From a virus (lineage: Duplodnaviria > Caudoviricetes): a stretch of DNA of 54,613 nt. The DNA is taken from IMG/VR virus record IMGVR_UViG_3300043432_000146, positions 1 through 54,613 of that record. The stretch is one strand, 5' to 3'. The translations under genes were made by a program, and so were the position numbers. Positions 8,096 through 17,571 of this stretch are shown here, in pieces (position 1 is the stretch's first letter; each line of letters opens with the position of its first letter). Under the pieces are notes generated by a model that saw only the letters and a list, made by a program, of their open reading frames with translations, did no database searches and was not told where the DNA came from.

Positions 8096-8734
8096 TTGTC
8101 AGAAGCAGATAGCCCGCCTCTCCGCAAAGTTGGACCTGGAAAGCACAAGCTTGGATGTAGGTGCTTTGTCTGCAGCCCACGCCCCAGGGCCTCGAAGGCC
8201 CTCGTTGGACCAGTTAGACCAGATGGGGCAGATGAGAGTTCCGCGCCTACGAAAACAATATTCGTAGATCCTCATGCTCCAGTAATCCACGCTGAGCTAC
8301 CCCTATTCAAACGTAAGGATAATGCTCGCTACTATATTGCTCAGTGGGTAGCGATGCGGCTTAAGAATCCTACGATTACTAACGTAGAGGTTGCGGCGAA
8401 GCTTGGGATTGCTAGGACTACTTTACAGGCTATCATCCGTCAAGCTAAGGATGAGGGCTGGTTGCAGTTTAGTGACCCAATGACTCGCATTGAATACGAG
8501 ATTATCCCTAAGGCAGTCGATAATCTAAATTATTGGTTAGAGAAGCGTGATAAGGTGGCTACCCTAGAAACCATGAAGGGCACGGCATTTAAGGATTACC
8601 AAGCTTATAAGGGTACTGGCGATAATGGTAATACTACTTATCTGGCCCTGAAGATCGAGATGCCGGATGGGGAGGAGGCTCCAAAGGTTATTGAAGGCAA
8701 GATTGTAGGGAAGCCAAAGGAGCTTAAAGAATAG
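8096..8734 (+). CDS. HTH DNA-binding protein, putative terminase small subunit
   Basis: HTH TNVEVAAKLGIARTTLQAII; position upstream of TerL; N-terminal HxxxCxCxxC. Confidence 0.6.
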   Translation: MSEADSPPLRKVGPGKHKLGCRCFVCSPRPRASKALVGPVRPDGADESSAPTKTIFVDPHAPVIHAELPLFKRKDNARYYIAQWVAMRLKNPTITNVEVAAKLGIARTTLQAIIRQAKDEGWLQFSDPMTRIEYEIIPKAVDNLNYWLEKRDKVATLETMKGTAFKDYQAYKGTGDNGNTTYLALKIEMPDGEEAPKVIEGKIVGKPKELKE

Positions 8735-8736
8735 AT

Positions 8737-8958
8737 ATGACCACCAAAACCAATACGCTACCTAATCAGACCGTCGTCGTGCCAACAACTACAGTTCCGG
8801 CTCCCGAACCAAAGCAAACCTGCTGTCCTAGCTGTGGTTATTGCCCTTACTGTGGGCGTGGCTGGTATCGTACAGTTCCTTATTATCCCATCTATCCTAC
8901 TTATCCAACTGGCCCACTGACGCCAATTTGGATAATTAATACCACTACTACTTGCTAG
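8737..8958 (+). CDS. small Cys/Pro/Tyr-rich protein
   Basis: CCPSCGYCPYCG. Confidence 0.6.
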   Translation: MTTKTNTLPNQTVVVPTTTVPAPEPKQTCCPSCGYCPYCGRGWYRTVPYYPIYPTYPTGPLTPIWIINTTTTC

Positions 8959-8960
8959 TC

Positions 8961-9131
8961 ATGCCGATCAGCAAATACTTCAAAGGCTCAGGTGAAAAAG
9001 TCATGCGCTCTATGAAGGAGCGTTATGGCGAAAAGAAGGGTGAGCAAGTCTTCTACGCTACTGCCCACTCGAAGAAGGGTATGACTCCAGCCAAAAAAGC
9101 TGTAAATGGCCTAAAGAAAGCCAAAGACTAA
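8961..9131 (+). CDS. small basic phage protein
   Basis: Manual translation MPISKYFKGSGEKVMRSMKERYGEKKGEQVFYATAHSKKG...; fills the gap in the operon. Confidence 0.75.
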   Translation: MPISKYFKGSGEKVMRSMKERYGEKKGEQVFYATAHSKKGMTPAKKAVNGLKKAKD

Positions 9132-9140
9132 GGAGATAAA

Positions 9141-9365
9141 ATGCCAGTAGATCCAAACCAAGTAATCGATGATTCTGCTACGGTGGCAAAAGCAGCTGCC
9201 TCAGGTGGGAAAGCCTTCTGGAAATCAAAGCGATTCTGGACTAACGTAGTCCTTGTTGGTGGGCATTATCTAGGTTATCTGCCAGCCAATGTAGCGGTCT
9301 ATGTAGGTGCTGCAGCCAATATCTTTCTAGCAGCAGTTTCTGATAAGCCCCTATCTCTAAAGTAA
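9141..9365 (+). CDS. small membrane protein, holin-like
   Basis: KAFWKSKRFWTN motif followed by hydrophobic segments; AAGGAG RBS. Confidence 0.55.
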   Translation: MPVDPNQVIDDSATVAKAAASGGKAFWKSKRFWTNVVLVGGHYLGYLPANVAVYVGAAANIFLAAVSDKPLSLK

Positions 9366-9368
9366 ATC

Positions 9369-9524
9369 ATGGCCGACAGCCCTAGAATACGGCGGCCCTA
9401 TGCTAATATAGGCCCTCCAGGTAAGGAGGAGGCTGATCCAGAATCCGAAACTCCTAAAGGATCACTAGTTAGTAAGGTTTCTAGGGCTGTCATTGCTTTG
9501 AAAAATCTCAGTGGCCAAAAGTAA
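9369..9524 (+). CDS. hypothetical protein
   Basis: 51-aa ORF (MADSPRIRRPY...) abutting the TerL start. Confidence 0.55.
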   Translation: MADSPRIRRPYANIGPPGKEEADPESETPKGSLVSKVSRAVIALKNLSGQK

Positions 9525-10982
9525 ATGGCCAAATGGGTATCCCTTCCAGCAGAACCTCTTCGTTATCAGCCTGAGCAAAAAGCCTTCTGGCAGGCAATCA
9601 AAGATCGTGTCTGCAGGAAATGTAAAACTGAGTTTACTGTAGCAGAAACTAAGTTCCTCTGTCCTAAATGCAGTTCAAAGGGATTTCGGAAGTGGGATCG
9701 TCTTACTATTATTGCTGGTAGACGATTTGGCAAGACCAGGGGGGGCTCTATCGCAGGAGCTTTTGAGGCTACAATCCCAAACTCTCTAGGTTGGGCTTGT
9801 GCTCCATCTAACCAAAAGCTCCATCGTTATGTCATTCCTGCCTTTCAGCAACTCATTCCAGAAGATTGGGTTGCTGATTGGAGCACAGAATATCTAGATC
9901 TACGGTTGAAGAATGGCTCGCTGATCCACTTCCAGACTCTCGAACATCCAGACCAAGGCCGAGGACAGGGCCTAGATTGGTTATGGATTGATGAGGTTTG
10001 TGAGCTAAGCAAGTCCCACTGGGAAGTTATCAGGCCATCATTAGCTGGTGATACAGTAGCTTTCTTTACAACTTCTCCACGCGGTTATGATTGGGTCTAC
10101 GAGGAACTATACAAACCAGCTGAAGACGGTTTACCTGGCTACTGGGGCTGCCACGCTAAAACCTCAGAAAGTGCTAATCCCCGCATCTCTGCTGAGTTCC
10201 TAGCTCGTGAACGTGCTCAGATGTCAGATGCAATGTATCGGCAGGAATATGAGGCAGACTTTGTTATCTTCACAGGTGCAGTTTACGGGGGCCTTGTTGA
10301 TCCACAGATTCTCAGAAGCACCGAAGAAGTCAAAAAACTCATACCAGAATGGCCTGCGGTTGATCCTAGCCGACCAGTGCTTATCGGTATCGATACTGGG
10401 GCAGATCATCCCTTCGGAGCGATCAAGCTAGTCTCCACTGAAGCTGGCTTGATTGCGGTTGGTGAATATCTAGAGCGTAACCGCCCATTTATCCAACATG
10501 CCAGCTCCCTGAAGATGATGGCTGGCTATAGTCCAGTCAAGTGGGCTATCAATAAGAATGAGCGTCAACAAACTATAGAGCTTGCCCAGCACGGGATCTT
10601 TTGTCAGAAGGCGGAGAATGATGTTATTGCCGGCACTGAACGGGTCAAAAGTTGGCTCCATGCTAAGCAGCTTTGGCTTGTAGAGCAAGCATGTCCCCTT
10701 ACTATTAGACAATTAAAAGCTTATCGCTGGGCCGATAATGAGACACGTAAGGAAGAGAAGCGCAGTGAGCGGGTCTTTAAAAAGGATGATGAGCTTCCAG
10801 ATTGCTTAAGATATGCCCTCATGACTTGGCCTATTTTACCAAAGTATGTAGAGCCACAAGACAAGCCCAGAGATATTTCCCACTTACCCTGGGAAGCTAG
10901 AGCTACCATTGAGCGTATGCGTCGAATCGATAAACCCCAGCCTGAGGAGCCGGAAAGCATCACTGGGGACTTTTGGTCATAA
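9525..10982 (+). CDS. terL: terminase large subunit
   Basis: Walker A AGRRFGKT, Walker B LWIDE, TTSP coupling motif, nuclease IGIDTG and DELPDCLRY; N-terminal Zn-ribbon insertion. Confidence 0.95.
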   Translation: MAKWVSLPAEPLRYQPEQKAFWQAIKDRVCRKCKTEFTVAETKFLCPKCSSKGFRKWDRLTIIAGRRFGKTRGGSIAGAFEATIPNSLGWACAPSNQKLHRYVIPAFQQLIPEDWVADWSTEYLDLRLKNGSLIHFQTLEHPDQGRGQGLDWLWIDEVCELSKSHWEVIRPSLAGDTVAFFTTSPRGYDWVYEELYKPAEDGLPGYWGCHAKTSESANPRISAEFLARERAQMSDAMYRQEYEADFVIFTGAVYGGLVDPQILRSTEEVKKLIPEWPAVDPSRPVLIGIDTGADHPFGAIKLVSTEAGLIAVGEYLERNRPFIQHASSLKMMAGYSPVKWAINKNERQQTIELAQHGIFCQKAENDVIAGTERVKSWLHAKQLWLVEQACPLTIRQLKAYRWADNETRKEEKRSERVFKKDDELPDCLRYALMTWPILPKYVEPQDKPRDISHLPWEARATIERMRRIDKPQPEEPESITGDFWS

Positions 10983-11010
10983 ATAACCTTACTAGTTGGG
11001 GGATCATCTA

Positions 11011-11352
11011 ATGTGGGTAGCGAATGCAGCTCTATCATGGTTTCAGATCTCCAAAGAAAGCTTTGATGATCTCCGTAAGGAGCTTGCATCCGTTAGAGCT
11101 GAGCGAGATCTCTTCAAAAGCGAGCTTGATAAATCACAGATCCTTTCTGACTGGCTGCGGATTAAGATAAATCAGCTAGAACTAGAGCGCACCAGTCTAC
11201 TAGAGAAAGCCTATAACATTAGAATCCCAGCTCCTGAGCTGGTTCGTCAGCCTCTAGCAGACCCAAGCTTTAATCCTAAGGACTTTAGTTTTGAAGATAT
11301 GGGCGAAGACATGGCTCGGAAAATGGGCTTCCCAGTTTACACAGATAAATAA
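11011..11352 (+). CDS. coiled-coil hypothetical protein
   Basis: Heptad-rich ORF between TerL and portal. Confidence 0.7.
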   Translation: MWVANAALSWFQISKESFDDLRKELASVRAERDLFKSELDKSQILSDWLRIKINQLELERTSLLEKAYNIRIPAPELVRQPLADPSFNPKDFSFEDMGEDMARKMGFPVYTDK

Positions 11353-11367
11353 TATATCTAAACTACA

Positions 11368-13722
11368 TTGCCTGACATAACAGCAGAATCTACTAATACA
11401 GTATTTGGCTCTCAGACTGAGACCCATAGTCTAATAGCAGCTGGGAGTATTCCTTCTGCCTTCCCTACAGTAACCAAGACATCTGAATATGATGCTCAGC
11501 GGTTACTGACAATGTTTGGGGCACTAAAAAGGGAGTCTACCGAATACCGCTGGATCTGGGAACGTGAATGGCTTAGAGATCTATTCTATGTAGCTAATAG
11601 ACAATGGATCTTCTTCCACCCTACTAGACGTGAGTGGATTGACAAAAGATTACAAAAGTGGATTCCTCGGCCAGTTACTAACAAGATGGCAGAGACAGTA
11701 CAGTCCATTAGAACCACGCTTGGTGCGATTAACCTATCTATTACAGCCCGTCCAGTTGGTAGTGATGCACAAGCTATTGCAGCAGCTGAAATTGTAGATC
11801 AGCTTGGTCCTCTGATTCATGAAGAGCATAACATGAATCAAGTAATGAGGGAAGCTGACTTTTGGCTTATCACTTGTGGTAATGCCTGCCTTCAGCTAAG
11901 TTGGGATCGAGATGCCAGATTCAATAGAACTTTTATTCAATCTGAGCAGTGTCCAGCTTGCCAGGGAATTTTTCAGTCCAAAGCTATAATGGATGCTGGT
12001 AATACGTGTCCCCAGTGTGGGGGTCACTTCTTACAGCCAGCTGTAAGCCCTGATGGGCAAAAGATCGGTGAATGGATATCATTTGGAAAGGGCAAAACTA
12101 CTGCTCTAAGTCCATTTGAGTATGCCTTCCCACCAAATATCACTAGATTTGACGATTTACCTTACATAATCCGCCTAAGATGGAGAGATAAACACTGGTT
12201 CGAGGCTAATATGCCTGATCTAGTGCCCAAGCTTACTTGGGAAAAGTCTCCGGCTGATCGGTCGATGCAGATCTTCAAATCCTTAGCCCTAACTAATGAT
12301 GTTGGTACAGGCTCACAGTTCGCGTATCTAGGTGCTGCTGGTGCTCATACAGTAGAGGGCATTACTGAATATGAGCTTTGGCTGCGCCCTACACCAGAAT
12401 TTCCTGAGGGTCTAGTCATGCGAGTGGCCGGGGATCAGAGCCCTCAGCTTATGGTTATGCCTGAGGAGGGCTTACCAGGGCCTATTCCATACAAAGACAT
12501 CGAAGGTAATCCATTATTCCCCTTCCTACATGCTCAATATGAACATCTAGGTGGCCGATTGTATGGCCGATCTGCAGTTTCACCACTAATCCAGAAGCAA
12601 GATCAGCTAAATCAGCTAGATTCGCTTATCCAGCTCATTGTCCAGCGCATGGCAAACCCAATTTGGTTGATTCCAGAAGGGGCCGGCATTGATCAATTCA
12701 CAGGTGAACCTGGGCTAGTCATGAAGTGGAATCCAATGGCTGCAAATGGGCAGGGCAAACCAGAGCGAATTCCTGGCGAAGAGGTTCCTAATTCTCTCTA
12801 TCAGCTGCGTAGCCAGATCCTAAAAGATATTGAGGAGATGGCTGGTACCTACGACATCATCAAGGGCCAAAAGCCTGCTGGTGTTGAGGCTTTCTCTGCC
12901 CTCCAGCTCTTAGTTGAACGCTCACAGAGTCGATTTACCTCCGTTTTCCAGGCCAGAGGGGAGATGTATCGTAACTGGGCCTCCCTTGCGGTAGAAATGG
13001 AGCGTCAATTCGGCCCACATACACGAACCTGGGTCGTTATTGGGGCTAATCGAGGCTATACCTTTAGACATTTTGAGAATGCTCAGCTACAGGGGCAGGT
13101 TTCCATCCAAATCGAAGATGGAAGTAACATGCCGAAGACAGCCTTAGGCAAAAGGGCCTCTATTGAGCAGGCAAATCAGCTTGGTCTACTAGATCCTAAC
13201 GACCCAGACCAGAAATACGCCCTACTGAGTAACTTTGGTCTATCTGATCTAGTTCCGGCCCTCGATATTCATGTCCAGGCAGCCCTACAGATCCAAGATA
13301 GCTTTGAAAGGTGGGCTCAGCAGCCTGTTGGCCCCCCACCACTTATCATTAAACCTTGGTTTAGCGGGCCAATTCATCTTAATGAATGTATCAAGTGGTT
13401 AAATACAGATAGAATGCGTGAGCTTGTAGCTAGTAACCCAATGTTTGAGCAGCTGGTTACGGCTTATCTACAGCAGCTTCAGATAATGGCTATGCCGCCC
13501 CCTATGTCGGCCCCCGGACCTGAAGGTCCTGGTGCTGCAGGTGGCGGACAGGCCCTGCGGAATAGTAATAAAGAATTCCTGCAACGTCATCGCCAGTACG
13601 TCGTCGCGGCCGGTGGCGGACAGGCCCTGCGGAATAGTAATAAAGAATCCGGTAGTCCCAAAACCGTTCCTAGAGGTAATGCTACTCGACCAAATGAAGG
13701 CCCACAGATGGGTCCTGTCTAA
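11368..13722 (+). CDS. portal protein
   Basis: 784 aa after TerL; YGRSAVSPLIQKQDQLNQLDS and ANPIWLIP portal-like segments; Pro/Gly-rich C-terminus. Confidence 0.9.
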   Translation: MPDITAESTNTVFGSQTETHSLIAAGSIPSAFPTVTKTSEYDAQRLLTMFGALKRESTEYRWIWEREWLRDLFYVANRQWIFFHPTRREWIDKRLQKWIPRPVTNKMAETVQSIRTTLGAINLSITARPVGSDAQAIAAAEIVDQLGPLIHEEHNMNQVMREADFWLITCGNACLQLSWDRDARFNRTFIQSEQCPACQGIFQSKAIMDAGNTCPQCGGHFLQPAVSPDGQKIGEWISFGKGKTTALSPFEYAFPPNITRFDDLPYIIRLRWRDKHWFEANMPDLVPKLTWEKSPADRSMQIFKSLALTNDVGTGSQFAYLGAAGAHTVEGITEYELWLRPTPEFPEGLVMRVAGDQSPQLMVMPEEGLPGPIPYKDIEGNPLFPFLHAQYEHLGGRLYGRSAVSPLIQKQDQLNQLDSLIQLIVQRMANPIWLIPEGAGIDQFTGEPGLVMKWNPMAANGQGKPERIPGEEVPNSLYQLRSQILKDIEEMAGTYDIIKGQKPAGVEAFSALQLLVERSQSRFTSVFQARGEMYRNWASLAVEMERQFGPHTRTWVVIGANRGYTFRHFENAQLQGQVSIQIEDGSNMPKTALGKRASIEQANQLGLLDPNDPDQKYALLSNFGLSDLVPALDIHVQAALQIQDSFERWAQQPVGPPPLIIKPWFSGPIHLNECIKWLNTDRMRELVASNPMFEQLVTAYLQQLQIMAMPPPMSAPGPEGPGAAGGGQALRNSNKEFLQRHRQYVVAAGGGQALRNSNKESGSPKTVPRGNATRPNEGPQMGPV
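13540..13648. repeat. 37-bp direct repeat / 35-bp unique spacer / 37-bp direct repeat inside the portal gene (CRISPR-like geometry)
   Basis: ggtggcggacaggccctgcggaatagtaataaagaat at 13540..13576 and 13612..13648; spacer tcctgcaacgtcatcgccagtacgtcgtcgcggcc. Confidence 0.85.
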
Positions 13723-13825
13723 GTCCTTCACAGCCTAGATAGGCTTTATATAATCAGCTTACTGATCGTAGAAGGAAGTAAGCGTCTCAACGCGGAACTG
13801 ACCGCGAAACCAAAGGTGAGAGCTA

Positions 13826-14659
13826 ATGGCAGACACAAACGTAACCGCTCCGTCCTCAGAACCAACGCCAGCTCCAGCGACATCGGGGCAACCCGCTGCT
13901 ACAGCCACAGCGATACCACAGGCTGCCGCTCCGCAGTCAGCGACGCCGACTGCTCCGCAGGCACCAGCGACATCAGGTGCGCCTGAAGGATGGGTTCCAT
14001 CGTATAGGATTCGGGAAAGTAGGGAAGCAGCTATCCGGGAAGCAAATGCTGAGTTTGCCCGCCGGGAAGCTGAATATAAATCTCAACTATCACAAGTCCA
14101 GTCCCAACTTCATGCACTCGTAGGCGTCCAGCCACCACAGGATCCAGAGGTATCAGCAGTTCGTAATCAGTTTGCTAAGCTCTATCCGAACTTGGCCAAA
14201 CTTGAAGAAAGAGCTGAAGATGTCTTCGGAGTTCTTGAACGTGCTGGTGATTTAGAATCGCAGACTGAGCACTACTGGCGAGAGTATGGACGACAGTCAA
14301 TGAATAGGCTTTTTGAGCATGCCAACCAATCGTTAGGTTCACCGCTAACTGACGAGGGTAAGCGTGCTCTCCATGCTTCATTCACAGGCTTCGTTACTTC
14401 GTCGCCAGAATTGGCAGAACGCTATGCTAATGATCCAACACTAGTAGAGGACTTCTGGAAACTGTTCTCGTCCAGCTTTGTTGATCCAGTTCGTAGGACA
14501 GCAGCTACAGGTATTCAGGGTAGAGCAACGACAATTGCTGCTACTCCTCAGGACACTCCATCTGGAGCACCAAGAATCCCTGGAGCACCAAAACCTGCTG
14601 ATCTTGATGAACGAGTCTCCCAGGCTTGGGCAGCGTACAACGCAACAGCTAAGCCCTAG
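13826..14659 (+). CDS. scaffolding protein
   Basis: Between portal and MCP; low-complexity N-terminus, WVPSYRIRE motif, coiled coil. Confidence 0.8.
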   Translation: MADTNVTAPSSEPTPAPATSGQPAATATAIPQAAAPQSATPTAPQAPATSGAPEGWVPSYRIRESREAAIREANAEFARREAEYKSQLSQVQSQLHALVGVQPPQDPEVSAVRNQFAKLYPNLAKLEERAEDVFGVLERAGDLESQTEHYWREYGRQSMNRLFEHANQSLGSPLTDEGKRALHASFTGFVTSSPELAERYANDPTLVEDFWKLFSSSFVDPVRRTAATGIQGRATTIAATPQDTPSGAPRIPGAPKPADLDERVSQAWAAYNATAKP

Positions 14660-14692
14660 CTATAACCAGCTAGGCTAAGGTGATAAATAACT

Positions 14693-15994
14693 ATGGCCGG
14701 TGCTGATAAACAGGCTCTTGATGCCATCTTCAAGGAAGTTTTTGAGGAAGGTGTAGCAGAAGGGGTCAATAACAAAAATCCTCTACGGGACATGATCAAG
14801 ACTGAGCGTGTTCCTTTTAGGGGTCGGGAGATTGTGCGTCTTGCACATACTACCCGTAACGTATCTCCCATGTTCGTTGGAGAAGACTCAGAGTTTGCGG
14901 ATGCTGGAAATCAGGGCTATTCGCGGATGTTCGTAGATCAGCGAAAGCTGATGTCACGTCTTCGACTGACCTGGGAGGTCATGCAGGACTCTACATCAAA
15001 CGAGGGCGCATTTATCTCTGCTCGTAAGAGTGAGATGCAGTACCTTATCGATGATATGGCTCGCCGGGATGAGTATGCACTCAACTCGGATGGTCGCGGA
15101 GTTCTTGCTACCTACTCGTCTGCTTCAGGTGCTGTTGTTACAGTAGCCAATCCAGGCGGGATTACCAATACCAACTTTGGCAACCGATTCATCTCTCCTG
15201 GTATGTTTGTTGCAGCAGTAGATCCTCTAACTGGGGCACTGCGTACATCCATTCGGAAGGTTATCTCGGTAGCCAATGGTGGAGGTACCTTCACTGCAGA
15301 TTCTTCAACCTTTACTGGTTGGACTGCCAATGATTATATCGTTCAGGCTGCTAATTCAGGTGTTACTGACGTGCTCTCAACTTCCTATGAGCATGCTTGG
15401 TGGGGCCTAATGGCGCTTGTTGATGATGGTACCTATCGTGCAAGCTACTATGGTTTGGACCGTACAGCTGTTCCAGCCTATAGCTCGTATGTAACCGCCA
15501 GCACTGGAGCCCTATCTACCGATCTCATTCAGCGGGTATCGGATATCGTAGACCAGAAGTTGAATGGTAAGATTAGTAATATAATCTGCCATCACAGCAC
15601 CCGTCGATTGATTATCCAGCTTACTGATGCTGATCGTCGGTATATGGGAGCTTCGTTGCTTCGTCCAGATCCAGGAACCGTAGCGTTCAAGCAGGGAGAC
15701 GTACCATTCGGTGACGTTCCTGTTCGAGCCCTCCGAGACTTCCCACTAGACGTTCTCATGTTCCTCGACCTTAACAACGCTGGTTTCAGGGAGTATGTCT
15801 CTGAACCCGGTAAGTGGGTTGATGAGGATGGATCTGTTCTGTGGCGTGTCGGAACCGGCACGGCTGGCCGGGATGCTTTCGAGGCTTGGTATAGAATGCG
15901 TAAGCAGTACTTTCTTGAGTACCCAGCATTCTGTGCCAGACTTGATGGTGTAACTGGTCAAGCACTTGCTGTGGTTCGTGCTGCTGGATCATAA
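14693..15994 (+). CDS. major capsid protein
   Basis: 433 aa after scaffold, followed by a terminator; capsid-like N-terminus ALDAIFKEVF...NNKNPL. Confidence 0.88.
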   Translation: MAGADKQALDAIFKEVFEEGVAEGVNNKNPLRDMIKTERVPFRGREIVRLAHTTRNVSPMFVGEDSEFADAGNQGYSRMFVDQRKLMSRLRLTWEVMQDSTSNEGAFISARKSEMQYLIDDMARRDEYALNSDGRGVLATYSSASGAVVTVANPGGITNTNFGNRFISPGMFVAAVDPLTGALRTSIRKVISVANGGGTFTADSSTFTGWTANDYIVQAANSGVTDVLSTSYEHAWWGLMALVDDGTYRASYYGLDRTAVPAYSSYVTASTGALSTDLIQRVSDIVDQKLNGKISNIICHHSTRRLIIQLTDADRRYMGASLLRPDPGTVAFKQGDVPFGDVPVRALRDFPLDVLMFLDLNNAGFREYVSEPGKWVDEDGSVLWRVGTGTAGRDAFEAWYRMRKQYFLEYPAFCARLDGVTGQALAVVRAAGS

Positions 15995-16012
15995 TCGGTG
16001 TAATCGTGTGGT

Positions 16013-16042
16013 GGAGGGCTGGGCTATCCTGGCCCTCCTTTT
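16013..16042 (+). terminator. rho-independent terminator after MCP
   Basis: GGAGGGC...GCCCTCC followed by TTTT. Confidence 0.7.
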
Positions 16043-16069
16043 ATGCGTTCGTATAGGAGATCTTCAGCT

Positions 16070-16432
16070 ATGCAGTATGTGACATTGTTTAATCGTACGT
16101 CAAAACCTTTGATGGGCACATGGGATGGCAGGCGCTATACGCTTGCTCCAGGCAAGAATGCATTTCCTGAAGCGATGGCACTGAAATTTAAGGAGCAGAA
16201 CCCAATTATGGGGTCTGAGGATCCCTACTCCTTAGAGAAGCAATATCTCTGTGGAATTGAAGAGTTTAATGACGACTGCTCACCTGTTGAACAGACAACT
16301 GCTGTTGAGCGGTTTGATCGTAGTAAGCTAACTAATGCCAAACCAGTAGAGCTAATAACAAGTGGTGGGCTGTTCCCGAATGAACGGCATGCAGCTCTTC
16401 CAGCTGTAGACCAGGGCTTTGTTAAGGCGTAA
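16070..16432 (+). CDS. hypothetical virion-module protein
   Basis: Start reassigned to MQYVTLF after AGGAGA. Confidence 0.75.
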   Translation: MQYVTLFNRTSKPLMGTWDGRRYTLAPGKNAFPEAMALKFKEQNPIMGSEDPYSLEKQYLCGIEEFNDDCSPVEQTTAVERFDRSKLTNAKPVELITSGGLFPNERHAALPAVDQGFVKA

Positions 16433-16953
16433 TGCTTAACTATATCGTAGACACAAATCCGTTCAAGCTTGCTGGTCCACCTACATGGTGGCTACGCAAG
16501 CTGTGGGATTTTGATTCCTCACTGGTAGTAGTTCCATCAAGACAGCAGTGTGTCTATAGGCTAGCCCAGCGGCGTAAGCTCAATCTACCTGCACATATTG
16601 TGAATGATGTATTGTTTAAAGAGAGTGATACAAAGCTGCTGGCTAGCTATGGACTTATTCCAGTTACTACCATCCTAGCTACTGCTAATTGGGGCAATCC
16701 ATATCTATTTGAAGAGTTGAGGAATCGTGCTCCGTGGCGGTTGGGCGGGGCTGAACTGGTTAATCAACAAATCGAGGAGCAAGAAGCCAAGGATGAGCTT
16801 GATAGGCGTGCTGCTACTGATGAGCGTCTTCATTCTCTAGCTAAAGACAGTTGGGGACTATATAATAAAAAGATCGGAGTACGATCTCATATGTATATTC
16901 CCAAAACAGCCCAGTCTAATAATGGATCAGGGCTACTTCTGAGGGTTAAATAA
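16432..16953 (+). CDS. hypothetical protein
   Basis: 173 aa, TAATG overlap. Confidence 0.75.
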   Translation: MLNYIVDTNPFKLAGPPTWWLRKLWDFDSSLVVVPSRQQCVYRLAQRRKLNLPAHIVNDVLFKESDTKLLASYGLIPVTTILATANWGNPYLFEELRNRAPWRLGGAELVNQQIEEQEAKDELDRRAATDERLHSLAKDSWGLYNKKIGVRSHMYIPKTAQSNNGSGLLLRVK

Positions 16954-17028
16954 TCCTTAGCGTTAACCCCCTCTAACGTGATATGAAGGGGCGCTTTCCT
17001 CAGCGTATGGGGAGCCAGGTAATCTACC

Positions 17029-17511
17029 ATGTCTGCATTAGCAACACAGTCAGCAAATCTAGTAAGACAGAAGCTTTATAATGCTTCTGGTTCACTGGGA
17101 GGCTCTAACACTCGCAGTTCGGCAGTCTTTTATGCTGTCAAGGCTCTATTCCTGCACCTTGCAGCAAATAAGCGGAACCCGGATCTTGAGCTGAAGGTTC
17201 TCACTAACGGAGCAAACGCTACTATTGTTGGTGAGGCTTGCACGCTATGGGCAATTATAGCCAAGAAGGGTACTGTTGCTACAAATGCTTACCTGAAGGT
17301 AAGTAATCATGCAACTCAGGTCCAGGCTGATTCTGATGTTATTTTGGAATCATCCACAGCTGGTGAGGAATTTGTAGTAATCTATCCCGATGGTCATCCT
17401 TTTGGAACTGGAATCACTGCTGGTAGCTATACCGCCTACGACGGCTCGAACGCTACCACACCCAGCACAGCTACCCATAACTTCTATGGATTTTTGATCG
17501 TTGGTGCATAA
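17029..17511 (+). CDS. putative structural/capsid decoration protein
   Basis: Ala/Thr/Gly-rich beta-type C-terminal domain. Confidence 0.65.
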   Translation: MSALATQSANLVRQKLYNASGSLGGSNTRSSAVFYAVKALFLHLAANKRNPDLELKVLTNGANATIVGEACTLWAIIAKKGTVATNAYLKVSNHATQVQADSDVILESSTAGEEFVVIYPDGHPFGTGITAGSYTAYDGSNATTPSTATHNFYGFLIVGA

Positions 17512-17531
17512 TCGGTAACATAATGCTTGGT

Positions 17532-17557
17532 GGAGGGGAGCTAATCCTCTCCTCCTT
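17532..17557 (+). terminator. hairpin resembling the post-MCP terminator
   Basis: GGAGGGGAG...CTCTCCTCC TT; weak U tract. Confidence 0.4.
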
Positions 17558-17571
17558 CAGGATCATTCAAC

